Positions 1 through 11,621 of a DNA stretch of 64,000 nucleotides are shown one piece after another. The DNA comes from Octopus sinensis (Eukaryota), in the NCBI RefSeq assembly GCF_006345805.1, contig NC_043000.1, positions 93,558,001 to 93,622,000 on the forward strand, read 5' to 3'. Both the position numbers and the translations under genes were made by a program. Every line of letters begins with the position of its first letter. Position 1 is the stretch's first letter. The notes below the pieces were generated by a model. It had not been told where the DNA came from, did not search any database, and was given only the letters and a program-made list of their open reading frames with translations.

Positions 1-175
1 ACATAGGTATTAAGTCAATTACATCGACCCCAGTGCGTAACTGGTACTTAATTTATCGACCCCGAAAGGATGAAAGGCAAAGTCGACCTCGGCGAAATTT
101 GAACTCAGAACGCAGCGGCGGACGAAATACCGCAAAGCATTTCGCCCGGCGTGCTAACGTTTCTGCCAGCTCGCG
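1..175 (-). mobile_element. tRNA-derived SINE family A (Nin/Deu-like central domain), truncated by window edge
   Basis: Reverse complement matches copies at 53744-53975 and 12323-12555, including the B-box-like GAGTTCAAAT and central GCCTTTCATCCTTTCGGGGTCGATAAATTAAGTACC. Confidence 0.85.
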
Positions 176-621
176 CGCACATATGCCTGTTCACATACGG
201 TCATCATCCACGGGATATGCGTGGGTATAACTGGACCTTCGTCGGCCCCGACTTTGATCGATCATTCCGTTACTGGACCGGCTCAGTTACCTGTTCAAGG
301 AATTGACGTGTAACTGGTAGAATATATCACAAGCTCTCGTCTTCTCTTGACGTAATTCTCCAGTGAAATCTGTGTGACACGGCATATAACAAAAGTGGCC
401 CTTTAAATTTCGGGTGCAGTCTGTCGGACGTGGGGGGGGGGAGCAATGTGGATCAGTTTTCGTCTAACATTGGCAGGGGTCGACCCGAAGCTATAATAAA
501 AGGTGCCACGCGTTGGGATCGAACTTCAACCTCCTATGTTAGTATGCAAAGTTTACACTCACACACACACACACACACACTCTCTCTCTCTCTCTCTCTT
601 TCTCTTTCTCTCTCTCCACGC

Positions 622-670
<49 letters not shown>

Positions 671-823
671 CAAAATGGGACAAGAACGCAAAACATCCAG
701 ACAGTTACATGATACAAAAAAGGGACAAGAAAACATCCAGATAGACGATACAAAGAAAACAAGGACGGGTCATTCGGAGTCTTTCCTCAGTCGAGTTCCA
801 GATTATCTTTTTAATTTTGGCTG

Positions 824-854
<31 letters not shown>

Positions 855-1203
855 TACCATATACCCTTGGTTGAAGAGTTTGTCCCGGTGTCTTGTTTGG
901 CGGTTAGATTTGATTCGTTTGGCACTGAAATGCCCCGGAGTGTCCTGCTTATAAATCAAAGACTTAAATTCTAAGAAGGAACAAAAACTAAACTAAAAAC
1001 GTTGAAAACAGGAATGCGGCCTCAACCAGCCGTGTATTAATAACTCAGATGCAAACGAACGAATCTACTCATTTCATAGCTCGCTCTAAGCCTAGCGCTA
1101 TATGCCTTTGCTAGAAGCCGAGCAGGTTCGCCAAAAGAGAGACCGATAGAATAAGAAACCAGCTTTATAAAAGTAAGTGCTGGGGTTGATTTGTAAGACT
1201 AAA

Positions 1204-1562
1204 GGATCTATTCCTTTTGAACGGCAGTTTTCAACACAATTTCTAGTTAACTAAACACTTTTTAACTTCATATACTGGTAGAATGTGTCAAAAGAAAACA
1301 TTTTTTTCTCTTGGCTTTCTTGAGAAAATTATAATTTGTAAGTTTAACGTAGTTTAATTTTTCGAATTTTAACCAATCAATGGCCTCTATTGAGCTAAAA
1401 TCACTTGCTGCGTCTACGTTAAACTTACAAATTACAATTTTCTCAAGAAAGCCAAGAGAAAAAAATGTTTTATTTTGACACATTCTACCAGTATACGAAG
1501 TTTAAAAGTGTTTAGTTAACTAGAAATTGTGTTGAAAACTGCCGTTCAAAAGGAAAAGATCC
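1204..1562. mobile_element. Foldback MITE with ~145-bp TIRs and 8-bp TSD (Merlin- or Mutator-like), nested in a SINE B tail
   Basis: Ends GGATCTATTCCTTTTGAACGGCAG... and ...CTGCCGTTCAAAAGGAAAAGATCC. Flanks AGACTAAA (1196-1203) and AGATTAAA (1563-1570). SINE B tail sequence resumes on both sides. Confidence 0.85.
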
Positions 1563-2040
1563 AGATTAAATCCTTCCAGGCGGTGCTCCAGCCTGGCCGC
1601 AGTCGTATGTCTGAAGCAAATAAAAGAAATGAAAGGTAGATACGCGTGTGTGTGTGTTGAAATATTGAAGATAAAGTGGAGATCTAAAAGTTTCTGTAAA
1701 ATGAATACCCCACAGCTGCGCTCAAGTTGTGTAGATTTTCGTTCGATTTGAACACTTTTACATCGAAAGTCCAAATGACGCCGCGCCGCCCTAAAAAAAT
1801 GGCGTGATCAAGAGGGAAATGCTTTTCATCATATATCTTCTCAACCAGGGCTTGACTTGAAAATAAATAACGATGTGTGTGTATGTATGTACACACGTTT
1901 CTGTATGTATAATAGTACGCGCGGGCGTGTATGTGTGTTAATAGCAACTCACGGGAAAATAGCGATTCGATCCCGCCCTTTCCTTCCCCCAGCTCCAATT
2001 TTTTTCCAGATAACTTGATAGACAAGTAAGGCAGACGACA

Positions 2041-2078
<38 letters not shown>

Positions 2079-2184
2079 CACGTACATACACACACACACA
2101 CACAGCCTGAGAATATTCACTCAGAGTGAGGTTTATATAATAGACAATATTTACTTTATGTACATGGACCTATTTATGTCAGTA

Positions 2185-2500
2185 TATACACATATATGCA
2201 TATGTATATATATATATATGCATATGTATATATATATACACATATATATACATATATATATATACACACATATACATATATATATGTATATATATATATA
2301 CACGCACACACACATATATATATACATATATACATATATAAAAACTTACTTGGAGAAAAGAAAAGAAACATATATATATATATATATATACATATATATA
2401 CATATATATTCATATACATATATGTTAATAAAATAGAATATATGCATATATATAAACATATATGTACGTACCTACCTCTACATGTACATATACACGCATA
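2185..2500. repeat. (TA)n/(TACA)n compound microsatellite, representative of dozens of similar tracts
   Basis: Directly visible. Similar tracts at 2966-3250, 18280-18430, 38305-38572, 44890-45360, 48140-50190 and 55910-56230. Confidence 0.95.
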
Positions 2501-2524
2501 TACACCAAAAAGACGTCGAACACA

Positions 2525-2965
2525 TAGAGAGACGAAACACATAGACACAAACCAAGGAACAAGACAAGCAAAAAAAAGGAGAGATACAGGACAATAAGCA
2601 CAACGAAAAATCCCCTTCTTCAGTCGCTAAGATTTCATCTACTAAACGTTTCGAAGGATAAAAGCGAGACGTATACTTCGAAGAAAAATTCCTTCCCGCG
2701 AAAAGCAAATCAATTAAAATTCTGAGATCTTTTCGCAGAGGGGTAAAAAAAAAGCAAGACGGTAACGACAGTACAAACATATAAACAGTAAAAAATATAT
2801 ATATAAACAGTGGAAAAATAAATATATAACAGTGAGAGACAGGACAAGGAGAACAAGATAAGAAGGGCTGTTAACGCCAGACGAAAAAAGTATTGCAAAC
2901 GCTGGATTATCGTGGAAGACGAGAGAGGGAAAATTTGTCGACCAGAAGCCTTACAAGGCGGGCGA
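2525..2965 (-). mobile_element. Degenerate Penelope-like retroelement 3' fragment between TA tracts
   Basis: Minus-strand reading of about 2865-2910 gives, with frameshifts, IIQRL-NTF-SGVN. This resembles the LxTLxPxGLN C-terminus of Penelope GIY-YIG domains. Hammerhead-core-like words lie downstream (2610-2659). Confidence 0.45.
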
Positions 2966-3061
2966 TATATATATATATATTCATATACATATATACATAT
3001 ATATATATATATTCATATACATATATATACATATATATATATTATATATATATTCATATAC

Positions 3062-3104
<43 letters not shown>

Positions 3105-3109
3105 TATAC

Positions 3110-3143
<34 letters not shown>

Positions 3144-3209
3144 TCATATACATATATACATATACATATATATACATATATATATATATATATATTCATA
3201 TACATATAT

Positions 3210-3253
<44 letters not shown>

Positions 3254-3431
3254 AGAGAGATAGAGAGAGTCACTTAATTTTTGCCCCATCGACATCTTGA
3301 CTTTAATTAGCTTTACATAATAGACATTGAATAATTGTCTGAGAGTCTGGTAGGTTAATTATTCACCAGCAGATTTTTGTTTTCTTCTAACCTGCTCCGG
3401 CTTTCCAATATAACAATTCCGATTGTGTGTA

Positions 3432-3466
<35 letters not shown>

Positions 3467-3666
3467 GCGCGCGCGCTTGTGGGTTGTTGACTTGGCCTTT
3501 CTCATTTATTGGTCATCGATGCGTGTTTGTATTTGTGTCTGTTCGACTAAGTTCTTTCTCCCTCATTCCGTTAATGGTGGTTAGAGATAGTGACGGGAGA
3601 CAGGCGTTCGGATGGACGGCTTTGCTCTTTGCTATGATATACATATATATATATATATATATATAT

Positions 3667-3817
3667 GTAAGTAGCTTGCTTACCAAGCACATGGTCCCGG
3701 ATTCAGTCCCATTGCGTGGCTCCTTGGGCAAGTGTCTTCTACTATATAGCCTCGGGCCGACCAAAGCCTTGTGAGTGGATTTGGTAGACGGTAACTGGAA
3801 GAAGCCCGTTGTATATG

Positions 3818-3850
<33 letters not shown>

Positions 3851-4019
3851 ATATGTTTGTGTGGTTACGTCCCCGTAACTTAGCGGTTCCGTAAAAGAGA
3901 ACGATAGAATAAGTACTAGGCTTACAAAGAATAAGTCCTGGGGCCGATTTGCTCGACTAAAGGCGGTGCTCCAGCATGGCCGCAGTCAAATGACTGAAGC
4001 AAAAGAGTAAAGAGAGAGT
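3667..4019 (+). mobile_element. SINE family B (tRNA head, CORE-like domain, internal TA/TG microsatellite, AAAGAGT-type tail)
   Basis: TTCAGTCCCA..GCGTGGC.CCTTGGGCAAGTGTCTTCT and tail GGCGGTGCTCCAGCATGGCCGCAGTCAAATGACTGAA. Matches full copies at 23630-24043 and 57122-57533. Confidence 0.85.
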
Positions 4020-4596
4020 ATACACATACACACACATATATATAGTGTACCTGAATGGTAAGAAGCTTGCTTCCCAACTACATAGTTTCGGGTTCAGTCC
4101 CACTGCTTGACACGATAGAATAAGTACGAAGCTTAAAAGTAAGCACTAGGGTTGTTGTTGTTTTTTTTTTTCGCCGACAAAGCGGTTCACGGTGGTGCTA
4201 CAGCATGGCCACAGTCCAATGTCTGAAACCCGTAAAAGATAACATACATTTTTGAAGGCTTGTATAGGAGTTTGTGATTATTAAACCCTGAAGTCTGCGT
4301 TGATACAGAAAGACCTATGCAATGTACCTTTGCCTTCTTTTGTTTTTAAAACGGTTAGATTTTGAGGGAGAATTAACAACTATTTCTTGCAGAGAATGGT
4401 TGTTGTCTAGTTCCCCAAGTCAGTCCTGATACAACAGACCTCTATATTCACATGAATTTCAGGCCTTCGGCTACTGGAACTTACAGTATATACAATGCGC
4501 TCGTCTTCTATTTCTTTAAGACTGTAAGATTTTGCTTGAATGCTATTTCTAGCAGATAACTGTTGTCGCTTAGCCCTCAACTCAGCCTTAATACAG

Positions 4597-4905
4597 TTTT
4601 TTTTATGCGCCCTTTTCAAGCCTCGCCAGGCTCATGGGCCCCGTTTCCCGGTTTCTGTGGCGTATGTGTTTCCCCCAGTTGGACGGGATGCCAGTCCATC
4701 GCAGCGTTACTCAAGAAACAGGAAGAGTGAGAGAAAGTTGAGGCGAAAGAATATAACAGGGGTCGCCACCCCCACCCCTGTCGGAACCTCGTGGGGCTTT
4801 AGGCGTTTTCGCTCAATAAACACACACAACGCTCGGTCTGGGAATCGAAACCGCGATCCTCCGACCGCGAGTCCGCTGCCCTAACCACTGGGCCATTGCG
4901 CCTCC
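4597..4905 (-). mobile_element. tRNA-derived SINE family C, tail type 1
   Basis: Head GGAGGCGCAATGGCCCAGTGGTTAGGGCAGCGGACTCGCGGTC...GGTTTCGATTCC with A and B boxes. Related copies at 13504, 18768 and 63251. Confidence 0.88.
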
Positions 4906-6166
4906 CTCTTACTACTGTAGAACTCTATATTCAAAGAAATTCGGGGCTTGAGCTTCTTGTACTACATTATGTAGTGTGTCTAACCATTCTTTAAAAGACA
5001 GGTTTGATTTAAGGGAAACTTGTCTATTACCTTTAACGGAGAATTATTATTGTTTAACCCCGTATCGTGTTCTAACTAAAATCAAAAGCCTTTCATTCTA
5101 TCGCCCCACTTTTTTTCTCTCTTATGAAACATTGTGTACCTAGAACTATATTATCTGATGTGTTCGTTTCTAAGATGAGAGATTAAGATTTGGCTATTTT
5201 TTCTAGCAAGTTAAGCAGCTACGTAGATATCTCCCCATGTTAACTAGTGCCCTCAGTACAGATAGTGGAGCAAGCTGTGTCGCCTGCATATGTGGGTTCG
5301 ATTCCAAACTGAGTCGTTTTCACACGACTTCCTCTTCGTTCGTGCGGATTTCTATATGTGGGTCGGGACTTCGCCTAGTTTCTCTTGCATTTAATGTTCC
5401 ACACGAGGAAGACAATGTTAGACGCACATCGCACACATGCATTCGCTCACGCATTCATATACAGACCGACACACATGCGCTTCCGCACGTTCACATTTAT
5501 CCATGAAGTCACAAACGTTTGGTCCCGTACAAGACAAGTGTGTTTCGATTATCGCTCACAACGTTTGAATGTTCTTTTTCTTTTCGTATTTTTGTTAAAC
5601 GATCTCCAGCAAGTATTCACAAACTAGTTAGTGTCACTCGTTACATGTACATGTTGGGTGACTTAGGAAATAAACTTTTGCCACCATGAGTAAGTAATAC
5701 TAAGAAATAGTATTGTAATTCAACTTATACAAAAAGAGAAAATGATTACTAAATTTATAAAACAAAAATATTTACTTTAAAATAAAATTCAATACAATAT
5801 TCCTGTTGTTATTTCTAAATTTTATCAACGTAATCGCAGTTTCCACAATCGGAAACTTACCTCTGAAAAATTTAAATTTATTTTATATGTATTTTAATTT
5901 TGTTCACCTTCGAGCTGTGCAGATAATACCGGACTAACTTGGTTCTTCTACTTAAGTACCTAATTCAACTGAATTTCAATTATTTCTTACCTCGGCAACT
6001 TTCTTAGAAAAAGAAAAAAAACAAACAAAAACAATGAAATGTGTATTTTTCAAACTGTTACGAAGTTGAGGCATTCATCCTGCACTTCTTATGTTAACTT
6101 TCTGTATATCTCTTGTACATTTTCTGTCTGTTTCTAGTGGAAATGTTTATTAATAATTTTTTTTTA

Positions 6167-6500
6167 AAGCAGCACAACACCCATGACTTTCGGAAACATC
6201 TTTTCTTTTACGTTTAGAATTGTCGAGACGTGGAATAAACTAATTGCGCCCGTAGTTAATTGTCAGGATACTGCATCCTTCAAAACTTCCATACTTCCTG
6301 AAATTCACCAAGGCTACTCCTGACGTGGCTACATGCGCATTTCCTTCTATAGGACTCCTTTAATGTTCACTTCTCTCAGTCTTTATGTTTTTATTCTATG
6401 TACTTCTCGCCTTCGTTGTCTTTCTTTATTTGACTAATTGTCTATTCATTTACTACTTCTTTTCACCTTTATCCATCACCTGTCGGACACCTGACCGCTG
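6167..6500 (+). mobile_element. 5'-truncated CR1-clade LINE 3' end
   Basis: Frameshifted translation KQHNTHDFRKH / FTFRIVETWNKLIAPVVNCQDTASFKTSILPEI matches the RVVxxWNxLPxxVV...FK C-terminal motif of CR1 ORF2. Confidence 0.7.
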
Positions 6501-6519
6501 TTAAGCAATGAACTGGCAG

Positions 6520-6720
6520 AATTCATGCTGCACCGGACTAAATGCCTGGCGGCATTCTAGCTCTTTTCTTTTTCTGTGTTCAGGTGTCACCGTTTGCCTT
6601 TCATCTTTTGGGAGTCGGTAAAATAAGTACCAGTTGAATACTGAGGTCGATATACGAGACTGTTTCCCCACCACCACCACAACAACAACAAAAAGTTGCT
6701 GCCTTGGCAAAAATTTGAAA
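6520..6720 (+). mobile_element. Diverged SINE family A copy
   Basis: CTGGCAGAA head and TTTGCCTTTCATCTTTTGGGAGTCGGTAAAATAAGTACCAG domain. Confidence 0.7.
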
Positions 6721-6758
6721 TAATAATAATAATAGTAATTATTATTATTATTATTATA

Positions 6759-7059
6759 GGTGCAGGCATGACTATGTGACAAGAAATTTGCTTCCCAACC
6801 GCATGTTTTCTGGTTCGGTCTCATTACATGACACCTAAGCCGAATGTCTTCTCCTTTAGCCCTGGGCCAACCAAAGCCTCATAAGTAGATTTGGATGACA
6901 GGCGCAGGAATGGCTGTGTGGTAAGAAGCTTGCTTCCCTACAACATAGCTCCAGTTTCAGTCCCATTGCGTGGCACCTTGGGCAAGTGTCTTCTACTCTA
7001 CCCTCGGGTATACCAAAACCTTGTGAGTGGATTTAGTAGACAGAAACTGAAAGAAGCCT
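6759..7059 (+). mobile_element. Two tandem SINE B 5' halves
   Basis: GGYGCAGGMATGRCTRTGTG.. heads at 6759 and 6901, each followed by the CORE-like segment. Confidence 0.8.
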
Positions 7060-7061
7060 AA

Positions 7062-7121
<60 letters not shown>

Positions 7122-7126
7122 TTGAT

Positions 7127-7325
7127 TGACGTGGTAAGAAATAATTGACATTCAGTTGAATTAGGTACTTAAGTTGAAGCACCAAGTCAGTCCGGTATTT
7201 TCTGCACAGCTCAAAGTGAGGTGAATAAAATCAAGATAAGCAACAGGATATCTACTGGTAATGCAGTACGACCGGTTCAAGTGGTGAAACTGCATTACCA
7301 ATTGATATCCGGTTGCTTATTTTTA
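7127..7325. mobile_element. Partial foldback element with central 32-bp hairpin; inverted partner arm at 5897-5998
   Basis: 7236-7267 pairs with 7289-7320 with 3 mismatches. 7127-7231 is a close reverse complement of 5897-5998. Confidence 0.65.
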
Positions 7326-7332
7326 ATATATA

Positions 7333-7765
7333 TCATCATCATCATCATCGTCTGCTTTCCATGCTGGCATGGGTTGGATGGTTTGACTGAGGACTGGTGA
7401 GCCAGATGGCTGCACCAGGCTCCAATCTGATCTGACAGAGTTTCTACAGCTGGATGCCCTTCCTAACGCCAACCACTCTGAGAGTGTAGTGGGTGCTTTT
7501 ACAGGCCACCGCCACAAGGGCAAGTCAGGCGGTACTGGCGACAGCCACGCTCAAATGGTGTTTTTTATGTGCCACCTACACAATAGCCAGTCCAGCGGCA
7601 CTGGCAACGACCTCGCTTGAATGTTGTTTTTCCTGTCCCACCGGCACAAGTGCCTGTAAAGAGATGCTAGTAACGATCATGCTCGAATGGTGCTTTTTAT
7701 GTGCAACCGGCATGGGGGCCAGTCAGCGGCCTTGGCAATGATCACGCTTGGATGGTGCTTTTAAT
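7333..7765 (-). mobile_element. Repeat family D: non-LTR (RTE-type) 3' end with (GAT)n tail and internal GTGCCA-rich subrepeats
   Basis: CATCATCG..TTCCATGCTGGCATGGGTTGGATGG...CTACAGCTGGATGCCCTTCCTAACGCCAACC. Recurs at about 13920, 17230, 19340, 30805, 31750, 32005, 40195, 51515 and 57577. The clade call is an inference. Confidence 0.7.
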
Positions 7766-8860
7766 GTTGGTGTGTTTACATCCCGGTAACTTGGCAGTTA
7801 GGTAAAAGAGACCAATAGAATAAGTGCTAGGCTTAGAAAGAATAAGTCCCGGGGGCAGTTTGATGGACTAAAGGTAGTGCTCCAGCATGGCCACAGTCAA
7901 ATGACTGAAACAAGTTAAAAGAATAAAAGAATAAAAACCATTGTGTGTGTATGTGTGTCTGTATTTGCGCTTGTCTGTTCCTCTACCACTTGACAACTGG
8001 TATTGGTTTGTTTATGTCCCCAGAGCTTGGTGGTCTGCCAAAAGAGGCCAATAGAATAAATAACAGACTTTAAAACAAAGCAAGAAAATAAAAAGAATGT
8101 CTTGGGGTTGATTTGTTTTGTTAAAACTGTTCAAGGCAGTGCCCCAGCATGGCTGCAGTCAAACAGATACGAATTAAAAAAAAATATATATAATTACAAG
8201 CCAAAATGAAACTGTCATCGGCTATTATTAAATTGAGATAGATACTCATTGCACACACACAGATAGGCCAGACCATACTGCTACCCTGCAACAAAAAGAA
8301 AAAAAAGAACGGAAAAGAAAATTACCTGCACCTTCAATTAATTGATACAGGGTTACTCACCAACTCAGTTTGACATCTGGTCCCCAGACTTACTGTCTCC
8401 TCAGTTGCCCTTTCTATGGCTACTACAATCTGATCTTTGATCCTCAGAGCTGGCTAATCTAGTCACACCTCTGTTTTTGGCTCCACCAGACCCTTGCTCC
8501 TCATATGCTTTACTGCACTTATCAACCTGGGACCCCATCCTTTATCATTTTAACCACTTTTCTTGGTTTTACTTCTCACAGAACATTGATCCTCTAGAAT
8601 TGCCTCCTGTGCAAAGAGTTTTTTTTTTTTTCATTCTACAGTTGTGTCCAAGAATAATATTACATGGGTTGGTGGAGAGAGAAAGAAAGATAACGGTTGA
8701 AACAACAGAGAGAAAAAGATGAATAAATGCATACACATACACCCTCATACACACAGATATGTGTGTGTATGTATATATATATATATATATATATATAGCT
8801 ATGCATTTATGTATATTTTTTATATCTATCTGAGCTCCCTGCCTCATATATACGTTATAT

Positions 8861-8907
<47 letters not shown>

Positions 8908-9088
8908 TATTAGGTGGCTGTCTGCAGTTTAAAAACTCAAAAGGCACAAGTTCAAACGTCACTAAAGTGACTAAGGGGGCAAAACAGCACCAATATTGCT
9001 AGAAATAAGAGTCAAAACAACTCTTAGCCGTGAGGAAGAACATACGTATTGACTGACAAAGGAGACCAGCCTCCCAACGGCAAGCAAG

Positions 9089-9142
9089 AAGTGTCAAATC
9101 ATAGATGATTTTGGATTTAGTCAATCCTCATCAGTGACACTT
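9089..9142 (-). ncRNA. Type I hammerhead ribozyme relic (G12>A)
   Basis: Minus strand: AAGTGTCA CTGATGA GGATT-gacta-AATCC AAAA TCATCTATGA TT TGACACTT. Stem I is 8 bp, stem II 5 bp, stem III 4-5 bp. Confidence 0.75.
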
Positions 9143-9411
9143 ACTCCATTGCCTAGTGTTGAATGGAACACGCCTTGTCATATATATATATATATATATA
9201 TGTATATATTTATATACATATAGTGAGTGTGTGTATGTATGAGAGTGACAGAGAGAGGTATACACAACAGACTTATGAGGGAATGTATGAATGCATACAT
9301 GCTTTTATTTTTGTACTTGTGCATTTATGAATTTAAATATATACATGCATATATGTCTGCACTATATATGTATGTGTCAAATTGTTTTCTTATACACATG
9401 CACATACACAG

Positions 9412-9469
<58 letters not shown>

Positions 9470-9512
9470 CAGCTGATAAAATAAACACATACAGTCACAC
9501 ACACATACGTAC

Positions 9513-9566
<54 letters not shown>

Positions 9567-10104
9567 AACATCACAAGCATCTCCTTCATGTCTGAAAGTT
9601 ATTTCTGTTATGAAAACAATTTGCTCTAGATTTCATTGCTTTATGAGTTTTTCAGTATTTTCTTTTTTTTTCCCCTTTTCTCTTATTTTTCTATTTATTT
9701 TAAAATATTTTTAACTCCCCCGATCCACCCCGTTGTTTTGTTAACTTTGGAACATTGTAAACAAATTTAGCATATATTCTGTCACTGAGATTTTGTAAAC
9801 ATATATACGACTACACACACACGCACATACATACACTTACGCATACACACACATTACTAGTTATTTTGGATATTGTACTGTAGCCATACTGGAGCACCAC
9901 TTTGAAGGTTTTCATGCAATGCAATCATTTATGCTACTATACATAATTTTGAGTCTACAACTCAGTACTTTCTGTTTGTCAAGATACTAAGTTGACAAAT
10001 ATACATACATACATAAATACATACATACATACATACATGTATTTATATGTATGTATAAATATGTATATATATGATTGTGTGCAAATGGCTCTGTGCATAT
10101 ATAC

Positions 10105-10142
<38 letters not shown>

Positions 10143-10254
10143 TTATACTGGTGTATGTATGAATGTATATACGTGTGTGCGTGTGTGTATCTATATGTAC
10201 TTGTAAACAAGCATTCCTATCACATTGGAGGTATCCGTCATTACTTGTCTTTTG

Positions 10255-10447
10255 TGAAGTGCCTAGAGGATGTAGTGCTGCTCTGGGTCAAGACAGTGGT
10301 TGCTGGAAGACCTTATGTCTAGCAACAGAACTCTGCACCATGCCAAAGAAGCAGAAGATCCCAGTCATGGCTGTCAGACAATTCCTGTGGCCACATCACC
10401 CCTAATATCTGGCCACCTAACTCCCCAGACAGTAACCCCTTTGATCA
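10255..10447 (+). mobile_element. Fragment of the same DD37D transposase family as 15628-16508
   Basis: KCLEDVVLLWVKTVVAGRPYV*QQNSAPC...IWPPNSPDSNPFD. Collinear with about 16017-16207. Confidence 0.85.
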
Positions 10448-11389
10448 TGCAGAAATAATGTCTCACATGGAAACAGGTGATGGTTGGCAACAGGGAAAGC
10501 ATCTGGCTGTACAAAATCTTCTGCAAATTCCATGTGTCCCAAGAATGCATGGAAAACCAAACATTAAAAATTATAACAATGATGGTGATTGATGATGATG
10601 ATGATGATGATGAGATGCACACACACACACATTAGTTTGTTGATACTTCTTGCAGTATCTGTTTTTTTTTTTTTCGAAATGTCCTAAATATAAATAAACG
10701 AAAGCGATCAAGTTTTATGTCTATTATTCCTAAGTACAATTAATCCTCTTAATTAATGTCTAATGGAAACAGTCTGCTTCAGATATTTCTGTAAATTTTA
10801 GAATTATTTAAGAATTATTGTTGCGTTTGGTGAAATATGTATGTTTTTAATTTATTTCTTACTCAAGCCGGTGTTCAGAACTGAACTCTGCAAATGGTTC
10901 TGACTTTTGGTCGTTGGGCTAAAAACAACAACAGTCCCCATAACTGCCAAGGCTGGGCTTTGACTTTCACCCTGTCCTTGGGTCAATGAAATAAAGACCC
11001 AGCCTGGTGCTTGGGGGGTCAATTTAATCAGCAAACCTCTGCCCACCACCATCAAATTTGTTCCTTGTACCTATGTGAGAGAAACAATTATTATTTTCAT
11101 TATCAATCATTATCATTTTCACCTTTATTATTAACAGAATTCACATTTCAATAACAATGTTCATCATCACTGTCGGCAACAGCAGCAGCTGCGTTGCTGC
11201 TTTCATATTCACGTTCATTTCCATCGTTGTCCTCGCCACCATCTTCATCCTCAAAGTACTCCTCTTCCACCTCTGTTCCTCTCCATCATCAAAAAAACAA
11301 TAGCTATTACAATTAACATCACCGTCGCCGCCGCCACAACCACCTCCGTCCCCACCATCAGCGCAACAACAACAACAACTGCATGCACC

Positions 11390-11403
11390 GTCACCATCGC
11401 CAT

Positions 11404-11434
<31 letters not shown>

Positions 11435-11541
11435 AGCAACAGCAACAGCGGTTGCATCAGCTGCAGTACAGGCATTGGCTAATGGTATTGCGAACAGATA
11501 TTACGTCTTTTGTCGCTCTCATCCACCACCATCACCATCAC

Positions 11542-11572
<31 letters not shown>

Positions 11573-11590
11573 GTCATCAGTAACAACAGC

Positions 11591-11620
<30 letters not shown>
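11390..11620. repeat. (CAT)n/(CAG)n/(CAA)n trinucleotide tracts
   Basis: Directly visible. No splice or domain support for coding. Confidence 0.9.

Positions 11621-11621
<1 letters not shown>

Noticed and set aside
760-800. Minus-strand CTGAGGA...GAATGACCCGTC as a hammerhead
   Set aside because: GAAT instead of GAAA, and no complementary stem I or II.
4830-4905. tRNA-like heads of SINEs (also 13504, 18768, 51113, 63251) and 16879-16950 as functional tRNA genes
   Set aside because: A and B boxes are present, but acceptor and anticodon stems do not close, and they continue into repeat bodies.
11383-11583. Poly-His/poly-Gln ORF resembling a transcription-factor low-complexity region
   Set aside because: Trinucleotide tracts only, with no clear splice sites or conserved domain. 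Similar tracts occur throughout the window.
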